Shown one piece after another: positions 9,594 through 19,349 of a stretch of DNA of 64,000 nucleotides. The notes under the pieces are model-generated. The model was not told the DNA's origin and did no database searches. It saw only the letters and a list, made by a program, of their open reading frames with translations. The DNA lies in NCBI GenBank assembly GCA_910589375.1, contig CAJUTK010000002.1, positions 323,188 through 387,187 on the forward strand, written 5' to 3'. Position 1 is the first letter of the stretch. Every line of letters begins with the position of its first letter. The stretch comes from an uncultured Bacilli bacterium. Lineage in GTDB: Bacteria > Bacillota_I > Bacilli_A > RF39 > UBA660. Both the position numbers and the translations under genes were made by a program.

Positions 9594-10118
9594 TTTTTTA
9601 TTGCATTCAGCGCCTGTTGCCATGTAAGAAGCTTGAATAGAAGAAAGCGTATATTGATTATCGTCATTTAGATAAGTTTTTAGTTTCGGCTGATTTTCAG
9701 CCATTTGCTCTAAATTTATTTTTGTATAATCAATATCGGTATCTACTATTAAATTCTTACCAGAAATTTTTGTATTATAAGTATATCCACCATATTTACT
9801 TGCTTCTACATAAGTATTTTCCATTTTATTTTGAAGAGAGGAAAGCTTTCCTTTATTGTTAGAGGATAAAATTTGCTGTCCTACTACTCTAATAACGATA
9901 TCTTTATCATTTGTATAAATAGCAAATTTAGCTCCCATAACATATCCTTCTGAATCGCTATAGTCTTTATCTACAGTACATACAGCACTAGCATCTTCTT
10001 CATTTAATATAATTTTACTAGAAAGGTTTGTATCTAGTTTTTCTTCTTCAGTATCATTACATCCGACTAAAAGGAATACACATAGCGCCACAAATAAATA
10101 TTTACTACATTTTTTCAT
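9591..10118 (-). CDS. lipoprotein of unknown function
   Basis: signal peptide with lipobox LLVGC (MKKCSKYLFVALCVFLLVGCNDTEEE). Confidence 0.6.
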   Translation of the reverse strand: MKKCSKYLFVALCVFLLVGCNDTEEEKLDTNLSSKIILNEEDASAVCTVDKDYSDSEGYVMGAKFAIYTNDKDIVIRVVGQQILSSNNKGKLSSLQNKMENTYVEASKYGGYTYNTKISGKNLIVDTDIDYTKINLEQMAENQPKLKTYLNDDNQYTLSSIQASYMATGAECNKK

Positions 10119-10229
10119 ATCATCACCTAATTCATTATAACATAAAAAAAGAAAAAAGAATATGAAGAGTGGAAAAATTCATAATTGCGTAATTTTCTTC
10201 TTGCTGATATAATAATAATGGAGGTAGTT

Positions 10230-10754
10230 ATGAAGATATTAATAGCAACAGAAAACCATGTAAAAGTAGATGCTTGCAGGTCTGCTTTTGAAAATTATTT
10301 TGATAATGTAGAAATAGAGGTAGTACATGCACCATCAGAAGTACCTGAAATGCCAAAAAATGATGAAATAAGCCAAGGAACTAGAAATAGAATAAAAAAT
10401 TTAAAAAAATATGCAAGAGAAAATAATATAAAGGTAGACTATTATGTTGCAGTAGAATCTGGTATTGATAATTATTTTGATTCATGGATGATTACTAGTG
10501 TAGCAGGAATAGAAAATGATGAGGGTTTGAAAAGTTATTCTACTAGTCCTAGTTATCCTATACCAGAAGCTTATGTAGATTCTATTATAGAAGAGGGATT
10601 AGGCGTTGTAATGGATAGAATTTTTGCTGATGATGATTCTGGTCATAGTAAAGGTGGCATTGGCTTTTTAACGCATGGAAAGATTACTAGAAGACAATTG
10701 CTTTATGAATCTTTTATGATGGCACTTATTCGTATTATTAATGATAATTGGTAA
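10230..10754 (+). CDS. inosine/xanthosine triphosphatase (YjjX / NTPase_I-T family)
   Basis: VAVESGID and GGIGFLTHGKITRRQL match the YjjX motifs VAIEAGID and GAIGVFTAGKLTR; preferred start MKILIATEN follows RBS GGAGGTAG (the track ORF begins at 10185). Confidence 0.75.
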   Translation: MKILIATENHVKVDACRSAFENYFDNVEIEVVHAPSEVPEMPKNDEISQGTRNRIKNLKKYARENNIKVDYYVAVESGIDNYFDSWMITSVAGIENDEGLKSYSTSPSYPIPEAYVDSIIEEGLGVVMDRIFADDDSGHSKGGIGFLTHGKITRRQLLYESFMMALIRIINDNW

Positions 10755-10807
10755 TTTTTCACTTAATTCTCACTTAATTTACACATAAGGAAAGTATAAT
10801 GAGTTTG

Positions 10808-10939
10808 TTAGCTGATAAAGCATAAGTGTGAAATACTCCTCTCACTTATTTACTTTTCTACTACAAACCCATTATTAATAAATTTTAAATGTTAATAACT
10901 AACAGCTAACGAAAAAAGAATAAGAATATTCTTTTTTTT
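10808..10939 (+). ncRNA. candidate structured small RNA or 3'-UTR element with an 8-bp long-range stem (GTTAGCTG 10807-10814 / CAGCTAAC 10903-10910); it ends in an intrinsic terminator and sits after a TATAAT at 10795-10800
   Basis: inverted repeat enclosing about 90 nt; terminator AAGAATA-agaa-TATTCTT plus T8 at 10916-10939; no ORF longer than 8 codons. Confidence 0.3.
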
Positions 10940-10985
10940 CACGTAAAATTCATATTTATTGTATAATATAAAAATGAGGTGAATT

Positions 10986-11657
10986 ATGACGGTTTTAGTA
11001 GTGGACGATGAAGAGCTTATTAGAAATGTTATTCGGGAATATTTGGAAAGCGAAGACTATTTTGTGTTAGAATCTCAAGATGGAATAGGTGCTTTAGAAC
11101 TGATTAAAGAAAACTCTATAGACTTAGTTATTTTAGACATTATGATGCCTAAAAAAGATGGATATACTACGCTAAAAGAATTAAAGCAGATTAAAAATAT
11201 TCCTGTAATTATGCTATCAGCACGTGGAGAAGAGTATGATAAATTGCATGGATTTGATTTAGGAATAGATGACTATGTGACAAAACCCTTTTCCCCAAAA
11301 GAGCTAATGGCACGAGTAAAAGCTGTTTTAAAAAGAAATAAAGAAATAGATATTTTTAGGCATTTAGATTTTGAGTTAGACTTAAAAGCCCACATTTTAA
11401 AAATTGATAATGAAGAAGTGAAGTTGACACCTAAAGAGTATGAATTATTAGTTTATTTTGTTCAAAATGAGCATATAGCGCTTTCTAGGGAACAACTATT
11501 AAGTAAAATATGGGGATATGATTTTTATGGGGATGACCGTACTATTGATACTCATATTAAGATGCTTAGAAATAATTTAGGAAAATATAGAGATTGGATT
11601 GTAACAGTTAGAGGAATGGGGTATCGTTTTGAAATCAAAGATGAAATCGCTGCATAA
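10986..11657 (+). CDS. OmpR-family response regulator (receiver plus winged-helix domain)
   Basis: MTVLVVDDEELIRNVI...DIMMPKKDGYT...C-terminal YRF; extended -10 TGTATAAT upstream. Confidence 0.9.
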   Translation: MTVLVVDDEELIRNVIREYLESEDYFVLESQDGIGALELIKENSIDLVILDIMMPKKDGYTTLKELKQIKNIPVIMLSARGEEYDKLHGFDLGIDDYVTKPFSPKELMARVKAVLKRNKEIDIFRHLDFELDLKAHILKIDNEEVKLTPKEYELLVYFVQNEHIALSREQLLSKIWGYDFYGDDRTIDTHIKMLRNNLGKYRDWIVTVRGMGYRFEIKDEIAA

Positions 11658-13026
11658 GCAAATTTGGCTCTTTTTTCTCTTTTTTTCCTTTTTTATTTTA
11701 TGTTTTTTATGGACTACACAAGGACTTTTTTTTGATAAGTATTATGAGTTACATAAAAGCCGTGAACTTTCTAATGTTGCCTCTAAATTGATAGATAATT
11801 ATAAGCATATGGATTTCAATGAATTCTTAGATAAGCTAGCATATGAAGAAGGTATCTGTATTGATATTGAAGTGAATAATCAATTTTTATATCTTTCTAC
11901 AAGCTTTAATAGAGGATGTATAATAGGAAATGGTAGAGAGTCTTATAAAAGTGATTTCAAAGCGAGTAATGAGACAAAAAAAGCTTATAAACTTGTTAAC
12001 AGCCGTTTTGGCAATGAAACTTTAGTTTATGGCATTAAATTAGATGAAAACACAGTTGCCTATATTAGTACTTCTTTAGTGCCACTTGATTCTGCAACTC
12101 ATCTTCTGAAGAAACAATTGATACTTATTTCTATTTTTATTGTGCTCTTATCGATTATTATTTCTTATTATTTATCTAAAAAGATTGCAAGACCAATTGA
12201 AGAGATGAATGAAAAAGCTAGTAACATAGCAGGTGGAAACTTTAAGGATTCTTTTAATAGTAATACGAATATTTGTGAAATTAGAGAATTAGAAAATAGT
12301 TTAAATGAAATGAGCCATGAATTCAATCAAACGGAAGAATTAAGAAGAGATTTAATGGCTAATGTTAGTCATGATTTGAAAACTCCACTTACTATGATTA
12401 AAGCCTATGCAGAAATGGTGAGAGACTTAACTTATAAAAATGAAGAGAAAAGAAATGAAAATTTGAACGTAATTATTGATGAGACAGAACGCTTAAATTT
12501 ATTGGTAGACGATATTTTAACTCTTTCTAGTATGCAGGCAGAAATGGTAGAATTAGAATACACCGATTTTTCTTTAAACGCTTTAATAGAATCTATTATC
12601 AAAAGATATAATGTTCTCTTAGATAAAGAAGGCTATGAGTTTATCTATGAAAATAAGGAATTATTTGTATACGCAGATAGAAAAAGAACAGAACAAGTTA
12701 TTTATAATATTTTGAATAATGCTATTAACTATACTGGAGATGATAAAAAAGTATATATCCAAACAGAGGAGAAGGAAAATACTATCAGAATTAGCATAAA
12801 AGATACCGGAAAGGGAATTAAAGAGGAAGAAAAAGATAAAATTTGGAATAAATATTACCACTCTAAAAAGGAACATAAAAGAAATCGTGTTGGTACTGGT
12901 TTAGGACTTTCTATTGTAAAAAATATTTTAGAAGGCTATCATTTACCTTATGGGATTGAGTCTTCAAAAGGAGAGGGAACCATTTTCTTTTTCGAATTAG
13001 AAAAGTCTAGTGGAAAGAACAAGTAA
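11629..13026 (+). CDS. sensor histidine kinase (HisKA plus HATPase_c, two TM helices)
   Basis: H-box SHDLKTPLTMIKAYAEM; N, G1 and G2 boxes (NAINYTGDDKKVY, DTGKGI, GTGLGLSIV); overlaps the response-regulator gene. Confidence 0.9.
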   Translation: MKSKMKSLHKQIWLFFLFFSFFILCFLWTTQGLFFDKYYELHKSRELSNVASKLIDNYKHMDFNEFLDKLAYEEGICIDIEVNNQFLYLSTSFNRGCIIGNGRESYKSDFKASNETKKAYKLVNSRFGNETLVYGIKLDENTVAYISTSLVPLDSATHLLKKQLILISIFIVLLSIIISYYLSKKIARPIEEMNEKASNIAGGNFKDSFNSNTNICEIRELENSLNEMSHEFNQTEELRRDLMANVSHDLKTPLTMIKAYAEMVRDLTYKNEEKRNENLNVIIDETERLNLLVDDILTLSSMQAEMVELEYTDFSLNALIESIIKRYNVLLDKEGYEFIYENKELFVYADRKRTEQVIYNILNNAINYTGDDKKVYIQTEEKENTIRISIKDTGKGIKEEEKDKIWNKYYHSKKEHKRNRVGTGLGLSIVKNILEGYHLPYGIESSKGEGTIFFFELEKSSGKNK

Positions 13027-13049
13027 TTTTACTTGTTTTTTTTTATATT
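13018..13049 (+). terminator. rho-independent terminator
   Basis: AACAAGTA-attt-TACTTGTT followed by T9. Confidence 0.75.
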
Positions 13050-13088
13050 CTTGTGATACAATAGTAGTGTTGAATAGAGGGGATATTT

Positions 13089-13463
13089 ATGTCAAAAAAA
13101 GGATTTACACTCGTTGAGTTATTAGCTGTTTTAGTTTTGTTGACGGTAATAGTATTGGTTGCTTTTCCTAATATTATAGGAGCAGTGAAAAGTACAAATG
13201 ATCAACTTGATAAAGCTACGACTACTCTTTTAGAGTCTAATGCAAGATCTTATGCTAATGATAATCCAGTAAAGTATCCAACAACGACTACCAAAAATTA
13301 CTGTGTAAATGTAGAAGATTTGGTAAAGGAAGGATATACACAAAGCCCAATTGCTAATGTTTCAGAGTCAGATGCAAAAGAAATTGAAAAGGCATGGTCT
13401 GTTTCTTTTTCCTGTGGTAGTGGAAAATGTACAAAATTTCAAGTAAAAAAAGCGAGATGTTAA
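13089..13463 (+). CDS. type IV pilin / ComGC-like pseudopilin (class III signal)
   Basis: MSKKGFTLVELLAVLVLL prepilin motif with G/FTLVE cleavage site; C-terminal Cys pair (FSCGSGKC). Confidence 0.75.
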   Translation: MSKKGFTLVELLAVLVLLTVIVLVAFPNIIGAVKSTNDQLDKATTTLLESNARSYANDNPVKYPTTTTKNYCVNVEDLVKEGYTQSPIANVSESDAKEIEKAWSVSFSCGSGKCTKFQVKKARC

Positions 13464-13464
13464 C

Positions 13465-14139
13465 TTGTTAGAACGATTAGAATTATTAGTAGGAACAGAA
13501 AATCTTGATAAACTACGTAATAGTAACGTATTAGTAATTGGTATAGGTGGAGTAGGTGGGTATGCTGTTGAGTCTTTAGCACGTTCTGGCATTGGGAGTT
13601 TAACTCTTGTTGATCCAGACGTTGTAGAGAAGACAAATATCAATAGACAGATAGTAGCGCTTACTAGTACTATTGGAAAATATAAGGTAGATGTTGCTAA
13701 AGAAAGAGTTCAAGATATCGGTTTAGATACTCATGTAAGGATAGCGAAAGAATTTGTAACAGAAGAAAACATAGAGGATTATTTAGAAGAAATTGACTTT
13801 GTAATAGATGCTTGTGATACCCTTCTGGCAAAACTTGCTATTATCAAGGCTTGTAAGAAAAAGGATATTCCTTTTATTTCTTGTATGGGTACTGGTAATA
13901 AAATGGATCCTACTAAGTTTTGCATTATGGATTTATCTAAGACTAGCTATGATCCTTTGGCGAAACGATTAAGAAAGTTAGTTCGAGATTCTAATATAGA
14001 AGGTTTTATCCCAGTAGTAGTTAGTACAGAAATGAAAAATGTTGATGTGAAAGATACTATTCCATCCAATTCCTTTGTTCCAGGAGTAGCGGGAATGATA
14101 TGTGCAAGTTATGTTATAAATCAATTGATAAGTAGGTGA
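13465..14139 (+). CDS. tcdA: tRNA threonylcarbamoyladenosine dehydratase (ThiF/MoeB E1-like fold, TcdA/CsdL)
   Basis: VLVIGIGGVGGYAVESLARSGIG...LVDPDVVEKTNINRQ; TTG start. Confidence 0.75.
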   Translation: MLERLELLVGTENLDKLRNSNVLVIGIGGVGGYAVESLARSGIGSLTLVDPDVVEKTNINRQIVALTSTIGKYKVDVAKERVQDIGLDTHVRIAKEFVTEENIEDYLEEIDFVIDACDTLLAKLAIIKACKKKDIPFISCMGTGNKMDPTKFCIMDLSKTSYDPLAKRLRKLVRDSNIEGFIPVVVSTEMKNVDVKDTIPSNSFVPGVAGMICASYVINQLISR

Positions 14140-14143
14140 GACT

Positions 14144-14689
14144 TTGGAAAACCTAATAAGTATAGTAAAACAGTTTACAGGAAATGTAGTCTGCTTAGGG
14201 GTACAGGATGGTAGAATTTTAAGAAATTTAGAACAAAATAAGCAAGTAAACGTTTATACTATTGAAAGAAGTAGAGGAAAAAGTATATTTTCTCGCAAAA
14301 AAAAAGCTCATGTAAAAGAATCAAAGTCTAAAAAAGTAAATATGAAGAAGCTTAGAAAAACATTTAAAAAGAAATCTGTTGATTATATTGTTTGCGATAT
14401 AAATGAAATTTATGATTATTTTAAATATTTTATTTATGATAGTGTTGTTATAAATAAGAAGAAACTCTATTTATATGGAGAGTCTAAATATATAGATCCT
14501 AAAGTATTATCGAAAAGATTTAAAAGGTATCATGCAAAAGTAACCATTATAGAATCTTCTTCCACACAATTTTTATTAGTTGTGGATAACGCTGAGAGCA
14601 GAGGAAATTGGTTTCAATCGAAGTGGTATATTGTAATAGATACATTTCATAATATAGGAGATATGATATCAGCTGCGCTAATTAGTTAG
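14144..14689 (+). CDS. hypothetical Lys-rich protein
   Basis: ORF track only; TTG start. Confidence 0.35.
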   Translation: MENLISIVKQFTGNVVCLGVQDGRILRNLEQNKQVNVYTIERSRGKSIFSRKKKAHVKESKSKKVNMKKLRKTFKKKSVDYIVCDINEIYDYFKYFIYDSVVINKKKLYLYGESKYIDPKVLSKRFKRYHAKVTIIESSSTQFLLVVDNAESRGNWFQSKWYIVIDTFHNIGDMISAALIS

Positions 14690-14701
14690 AAAGGTGATAA
14701 G

Positions 14702-15418
14702 ATGAAGATTATTGTTAGTGATTTTGATGGAACATTATTTGGAAAAGATTTTGATGAGAATAGAAAAGCCATTAATGATTTTGTTCATCGTGGAAATTTA
14801 TTTATTATAGCAACTGGTCGTGCTATGAACTATTTAGCGGAAGATTTGAGTATGGTAGATATTGATTGCGAATACTATATATGTAACGATGGTGGAGTAA
14901 TTTTTGATAAGTACTTTAATGTTGTTTACCGAAAAGATATTAAACAGGAATTAGTTAGACCAATTTATCATATACTTGCGGATGATGATAATATGTTAGA
15001 AACTTTTATTGATACGAGTCATGGGTATGTATCAGATACTAGTAAATGTGCAAATGGGATTATAGCGAGACCATATGATAGGGATAAAGCTATGATTACT
15101 TTAGAAAATATTTTAAGAAAATTTCCAGATATTAATGGGTATATGAGCACTCATTGGATTAATTTAATTGATAAGGATGTTTCTAAAAAAGCTGCTATTG
15201 ATTATCTAGTAGAGACTTATCGATATTCCGATACTGACATTTATACAGTAGGGGATGGTATGAATGATTATGATATGATAGAGCACTATAAAGGATACAC
15301 ATTTGAAAGCAGTCCAGAAGATTTAAAGCGAGTTGCTGTTGGAACTGTTAACAACATTAAGGAATTAATAGAATTAATTGACAAGAAGGAAGAAGTTGTA
15401 GATGATAGAGGCTGGTAA
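14702..15418 (+). CDS. HAD-superfamily Cof-type hydrolase
   Basis: DFDGTL motif I at the N-terminus and GDGMNDYDM motif IV. Confidence 0.8.
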   Translation: MKIIVSDFDGTLFGKDFDENRKAINDFVHRGNLFIIATGRAMNYLAEDLSMVDIDCEYYICNDGGVIFDKYFNVVYRKDIKQELVRPIYHILADDDNMLETFIDTSHGYVSDTSKCANGIIARPYDRDKAMITLENILRKFPDINGYMSTHWINLIDKDVSKKAAIDYLVETYRYSDTDIYTVGDGMNDYDMIEHYKGYTFESSPEDLKRVAVGTVNNIKELIELIDKKEEVVDDRGW

Positions 15419-15442
15419 GTTAACGAAAGTTAACTTTTTTTA
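15417..15442 (+). terminator. rho-independent terminator
   Basis: AAGTTAAC-gaaa-GTTAACTT followed by T7. Confidence 0.75.
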
Positions 15443-15496
15443 TATTCTGACATTTTTTTTAATGCTCCTGTATTATAACTAATATAGGAGGTATCT

Positions 15497-16366
15497 ATGG
15501 CGAAAAAGTTTAAGTCTAAAAGAAAGTTAAGGAAACTTTGGATTTTAAAATCTATCTTTTTAATAATATTAGTATATATTCTAATAAAACTATGTATTTA
15601 TTCTTTAGTAGATATAAGCCCGATATCTTATTTTAAAATAGAGACAGTAGGACATGAATTTTATCAGAAAATAAAGGATAATACTATTAATAATCCTGTT
15701 ATTTTATTAAATTATAAAGGTTACCCTAAAGTAAATTTACTTCCTGTTATAACGCCACCAAAGGAGGAAATTAAAAAATTTAGTATTTACATTTATAACA
15801 CACATCAAAAAGAGGGGTATGCTACTAAAGGAAATGTGTTTGATGCTGCTAAAGATTTAAAAAAGGCTTTAGAAAATGATTTATTAGAGGTAGTTGTTGA
15901 GGAAGGAAATATAACAGAGTTTTTAAATGCTAACAATTATGATTATAGGTATAGCTATGTAGCAAGTAGGTATTTTATAGAGGAAGAGTTAAGAAAGAGA
16001 AGCTATGACTTAGTGATAGATTTACATAGAGATGCTATTAGTAAAAGTGCCTCTACTGTAACAATTAATGGAAAGAAATACGCCAAAATTTTATTTGTTG
16101 TTGGTAAGGAACATAAAAATTATAAAAAAAATCAGAAACTAGCAGAAGCTTTAAACAAAGCAGTTTCTTCTAAATATCCAACTTTGACAAGAGGAGTTTT
16201 GTTAAGGGAAGGAAAGAATGTAAATGGAATTTATAATCAAGATTTAGGTGAAAATATGATATTGTTAGAATTGGGTGCTAATTATAATACTTATGAGGAG
16301 GTACAAAATACAATACATTTAATAGCGCCTATTATAGGAGAATATATATATGGAAAAAAAGTATAA
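15497..16366 (+). CDS. spoIIP: stage II sporulation protein P-like (SpoIIP amidase family)
   Basis: N-terminal TM anchor; IYIYNTHQKEGY and DLHRD motifs; LLELGANYNT. Confidence 0.65.
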   Translation: MAKKFKSKRKLRKLWILKSIFLIILVYILIKLCIYSLVDISPISYFKIETVGHEFYQKIKDNTINNPVILLNYKGYPKVNLLPVITPPKEEIKKFSIYIYNTHQKEGYATKGNVFDAAKDLKKALENDLLEVVVEEGNITEFLNANNYDYRYSYVASRYFIEEELRKRSYDLVIDLHRDAISKSASTVTINGKKYAKILFVVGKEHKNYKKNQKLAEALNKAVSSKYPTLTRGVLLREGKNVNGIYNQDLGENMILLELGANYNTYEEVQNTIHLIAPIIGEYIYGKKV

Positions 16367-16676
16367 AGTATTTAAGTGGACATTTCTATTTTTTTTAGTT
16401 ATTTTTTTAACCCTTTATTTCTCGCAATTAACTGGGTATTATGAGTTTAAGAATTATCAGAAAATGTCCTTAACACAGGATCAAATTGCGCAGTTTGAAC
16501 AAGATATAAAGGATGGAAAACAAGTGGATATAAAAGACTATGTTGTTAATACTGATAAAGATTATCAGAATAAATTTTCTAAAACAGGATTAAAACTATC
16601 AACTGGTATTAGTGATCTTGTTAAAAATAGTGTTGCGAAGATTTTTGGAACAATTGCTGGATTTGTAACTGAATAG
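16350..16676 (+). CDS. hypothetical small membrane protein
   Basis: 108-aa ORF with an N-terminal TM helix, overlapping the spoIIP-like gene. Confidence 0.4.
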   Translation: MEKKYKVFKWTFLFFLVIFLTLYFSQLTGYYEFKNYQKMSLTQDQIAQFEQDIKDGKQVDIKDYVVNTDKDYQNKFSKTGLKLSTGISDLVKNSVAKIFGTIAGFVTE

Positions 16677-16741
16677 AAAAAGAAAAGTATTGAAAAAAAA
16701 TTTGGTTATGATAGAATAGAATTAGATACAGGAGGTTTTGT

Positions 16742-17137
16742 ATGGAAAAGAAAGGTATGAATATCACCATAACGGGTGAAGAGAAAAATAAAAATGAAAT
16801 TATTTATAATAATGTAGTAGATGCTATGAACAATTTGAAAATGACGAAAGATGAACAAATTGAATATTTAAAAACGAAAGTATCTAATATGGAGAATACT
16901 TATCAGAGCAATATCATGATTTTAATTACGCTTATTATTTCTGTTTTGTTACTTGGTTTAGGATTATATTTAGTAGCAACTGATCAGATTTTCCTCGGTA
17001 TTGTTTTAGTGCTATTGGGATTTTCTGTTATTGTAGTAAAGCTTTTGTTAACCTTAAGAAGATATACCTCAATGCGTACTAAAAAATATATAGAAATAGA
17101 CTCTTTAAAAGAAAATTTAAGTTCCATTTTGAAATAA
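16742..17137 (+). CDS. hypothetical membrane protein
   Basis: 131-aa ORF with RBS AGGAGG and two TM helices. Confidence 0.4.
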   Translation: MEKKGMNITITGEEKNKNEIIYNNVVDAMNNLKMTKDEQIEYLKTKVSNMENTYQSNIMILITLIISVLLLGLGLYLVATDQIFLGIVLVLLGFSVIVVKLLLTLRRYTSMRTKKYIEIDSLKENLSSILK

Positions 17138-17195
17138 GCAATATTGCTTATTTTTTCTTTCTGTGTTACTCTAATAGTAGAAGGTAGGGGAAAAA

Positions 17196-18875
17196 ATGGA
17201 AGAAACAGTAAAGAAGAAAAAAAGTAAAAAAGGTATCCTATTATTTTTCGTTTTAATAATACTTGTTGGAGGCATTGCTGGCGTTTTTTTAATGAAGAAT
17301 CAAAAGGAGAAGCCAAATAATCCTTCTAATAGCAATGAAGAGCCTAGTAATAGTAATAAAAACGAAATTAAGAGTGATAAGATATCTGTTGTAGTTGAGG
17401 ATGTAAATCTTATTAGACAGTATGGAAATTATTTTGAAGTGGAGAAAGAAGGCGAGTATTCTTTAGTAGATTCTAAAGGAACTACGATACTAGAGAATCC
17501 CCTTTATTTATCTCATGCGCTTTCCGATGGAAAAGTAGTTTATAAAGGAAAACCTCTAGTAGTATTTGGAACATTTGAGAAATATAAAGTATATTATAGT
17601 TCTGATGCCCCAGAATTAGGGTATGTTGTCATTTTTAATGATGTGTTAGATTATCAGAGCAATAAGGTTCAAGATTTCTATATTGGAAATGATATTGTGA
17701 TTACATTCTATTGGAATCAAAAGACAGATGAAAATCTTATTGTAAAATATAATCTTAAGACAGGCGCTGTATTATCAGAAAACTTTGTAGATGGCTCTTT
17801 AGATTTATTTTTTTGGAATGATAAAAATTATTTATCAGTAGGTCACGAGAATATTATTGATTTAAACACCTTAGAAAAAGTTTTTCAAAAAGAATATACC
17901 TTAGGAGAAATGGCATTTGCAGATAGTACTAAGATTATTAGCTATCATAATAAGTATTTAACCGCCAAATTAAACGGTAAATACGGTATAATAGATGCCT
18001 CTGAAAAAGTAATAATTCCTTTTAATTATTTGGGATTAGAACAAACTAAGAACAATGTAGTTATTGCTAGAACAAAAGATGGATTAGGACTTATAGATTA
18101 TCAAAATCAGAAAGTATTAGATTTTGCTTATGATAAGATAGAAGTCTATAATGACTATATTGTAACAATTGATCATAATGGTATCTTAAAAGTCTTAAAT
18201 AGTCGTTATGAACCACTATTTACAGGAACTCATAAACTTCTTTTGACTCGTGAGAATGGCTCTAATACTTCTCAAAATATTAGAGAAAAATGGAATGTGT
18301 TAGCGTACTACAATATGCTATCTACAAATGAATCTACCTCTTATTTTGCTATTTTAGATATAGCAAGTGGAAAATCTAAAGAACTTTTAGATTACTCTTC
18401 TTATGAGAAAGTAAATAGAAGCCCTAGTGGATATGGATATGTAGTATTTATGTCTGATGATAATTTCAGCGTATATGATGGTATTGTAGAGGTGTCAAAA
18501 GTGAATGTTAGTGAATATGGATTTACATCTGTAAATAGTTTCTATTATGTTGGTAGTGATTATATCGTTTTTAATACGAAGAAAAAAGACGATACAGAAA
18601 TTAAGCAATATTTTATAAACATGAAAAAGAATATTATAGAATTACCAGAAGAGGTAACAGTAAAACCAGATGAAATACTAACTTATGATGAATTGTTTGA
18701 TAATGGATATTTCTTAAAATACGAAAATGGTAGAATTAATATTTATGATGCTAATAACAACTTGTTATGCAGTATTATCGGAAAAGTAATAGAACCTATG
18801 AATATTACTGATAATACATACTACCTTATTCAAAATGAAGATAAGGTAACAATCATTAGAATAAATGAAAAATAG
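17196..18875 (+). CDS. membrane-anchored hypothetical protein; weak similarity to WG-type repeats (e.g. GKYGIIDASEKVIIPFNY)
   Basis: 559 aa; Lys-rich N-terminus followed by a TM helix; terminator after the stop. Confidence 0.45.
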   Translation: MEETVKKKKSKKGILLFFVLIILVGGIAGVFLMKNQKEKPNNPSNSNEEPSNSNKNEIKSDKISVVVEDVNLIRQYGNYFEVEKEGEYSLVDSKGTTILENPLYLSHALSDGKVVYKGKPLVVFGTFEKYKVYYSSDAPELGYVVIFNDVLDYQSNKVQDFYIGNDIVITFYWNQKTDENLIVKYNLKTGAVLSENFVDGSLDLFFWNDKNYLSVGHENIIDLNTLEKVFQKEYTLGEMAFADSTKIISYHNKYLTAKLNGKYGIIDASEKVIIPFNYLGLEQTKNNVVIARTKDGLGLIDYQNQKVLDFAYDKIEVYNDYIVTIDHNGILKVLNSRYEPLFTGTHKLLLTRENGSNTSQNIREKWNVLAYYNMLSTNESTSYFAILDIASGKSKELLDYSSYEKVNRSPSGYGYVVFMSDDNFSVYDGIVEVSKVNVSEYGFTSVNSFYYVGSDYIVFNTKKKDDTEIKQYFINMKKNIIELPEEVTVKPDEILTYDELFDNGYFLKYENGRINIYDANNNLLCSIIGKVIEPMNITDNTYYLIQNEDKVTIIRINEK

Positions 18876-18901
18876 AATATCTAATTATTCTATTTTTTTT
18901 T
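18871..18901 (+). terminator. rho-independent terminator
   Basis: AATAGAATA-tctaat-TATTCTATT followed by T8. Confidence 0.75.
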
Positions 18902-18932
18902 GAACTATGTTAAAATGGTAATAGGTGATTTT

Positions 18933-19349
18933 ATGGAACAAATGACAAGAAGCGAACTTCGCCAAAAGATTATGACAATTTTGTATCAAATTAATGTATA
19001 TCAAAATAATAAAATAGAATATGAGGTTGATAAAGTAATTAGTGATGCTTTAGAAATCGATAATGAGTTTGTAAGAGATTCTGTTTATGGAGTTATTACT
19101 AATCAAACAGATATAGATGCTATTGCAGATAGCTATTTAAATAAATGGACTATTAAACGATTAGGTTTTACAGATCAAGCGATTTTACGTTTAGGAATTT
19201 ATGAATTACTTTATACGGATACCCCAGAAGTAGTTGCTATTAATGAAGCTATTGAGCTTGCTAAAGATTATAGTGATGATGATGTTAGAAAAATGATTAA
19301 TGGAGTATTAGATAAAGTATATCATAGTAAGGTGGATCATGAAGCCTAA
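18933..19349 (+). CDS. nusB: transcription antitermination factor NusB
   Basis: [19 protein letters not shown]...[10 protein letters not shown]; preferred start at 18933 (the track ORF starts at 18900). Confidence 0.85.
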   Translation: MEQMTRSELRQKIMTILYQINVYQNNKIEYEVDKVISDALEIDNEFVRDSVYGVITNQTDIDAIADSYLNKWTIKRLGFTDQAILRLGIYELLYTDTPEVVAINEAIELAKDYSDDDVRKMINGVLDKVYHSKVDHEA

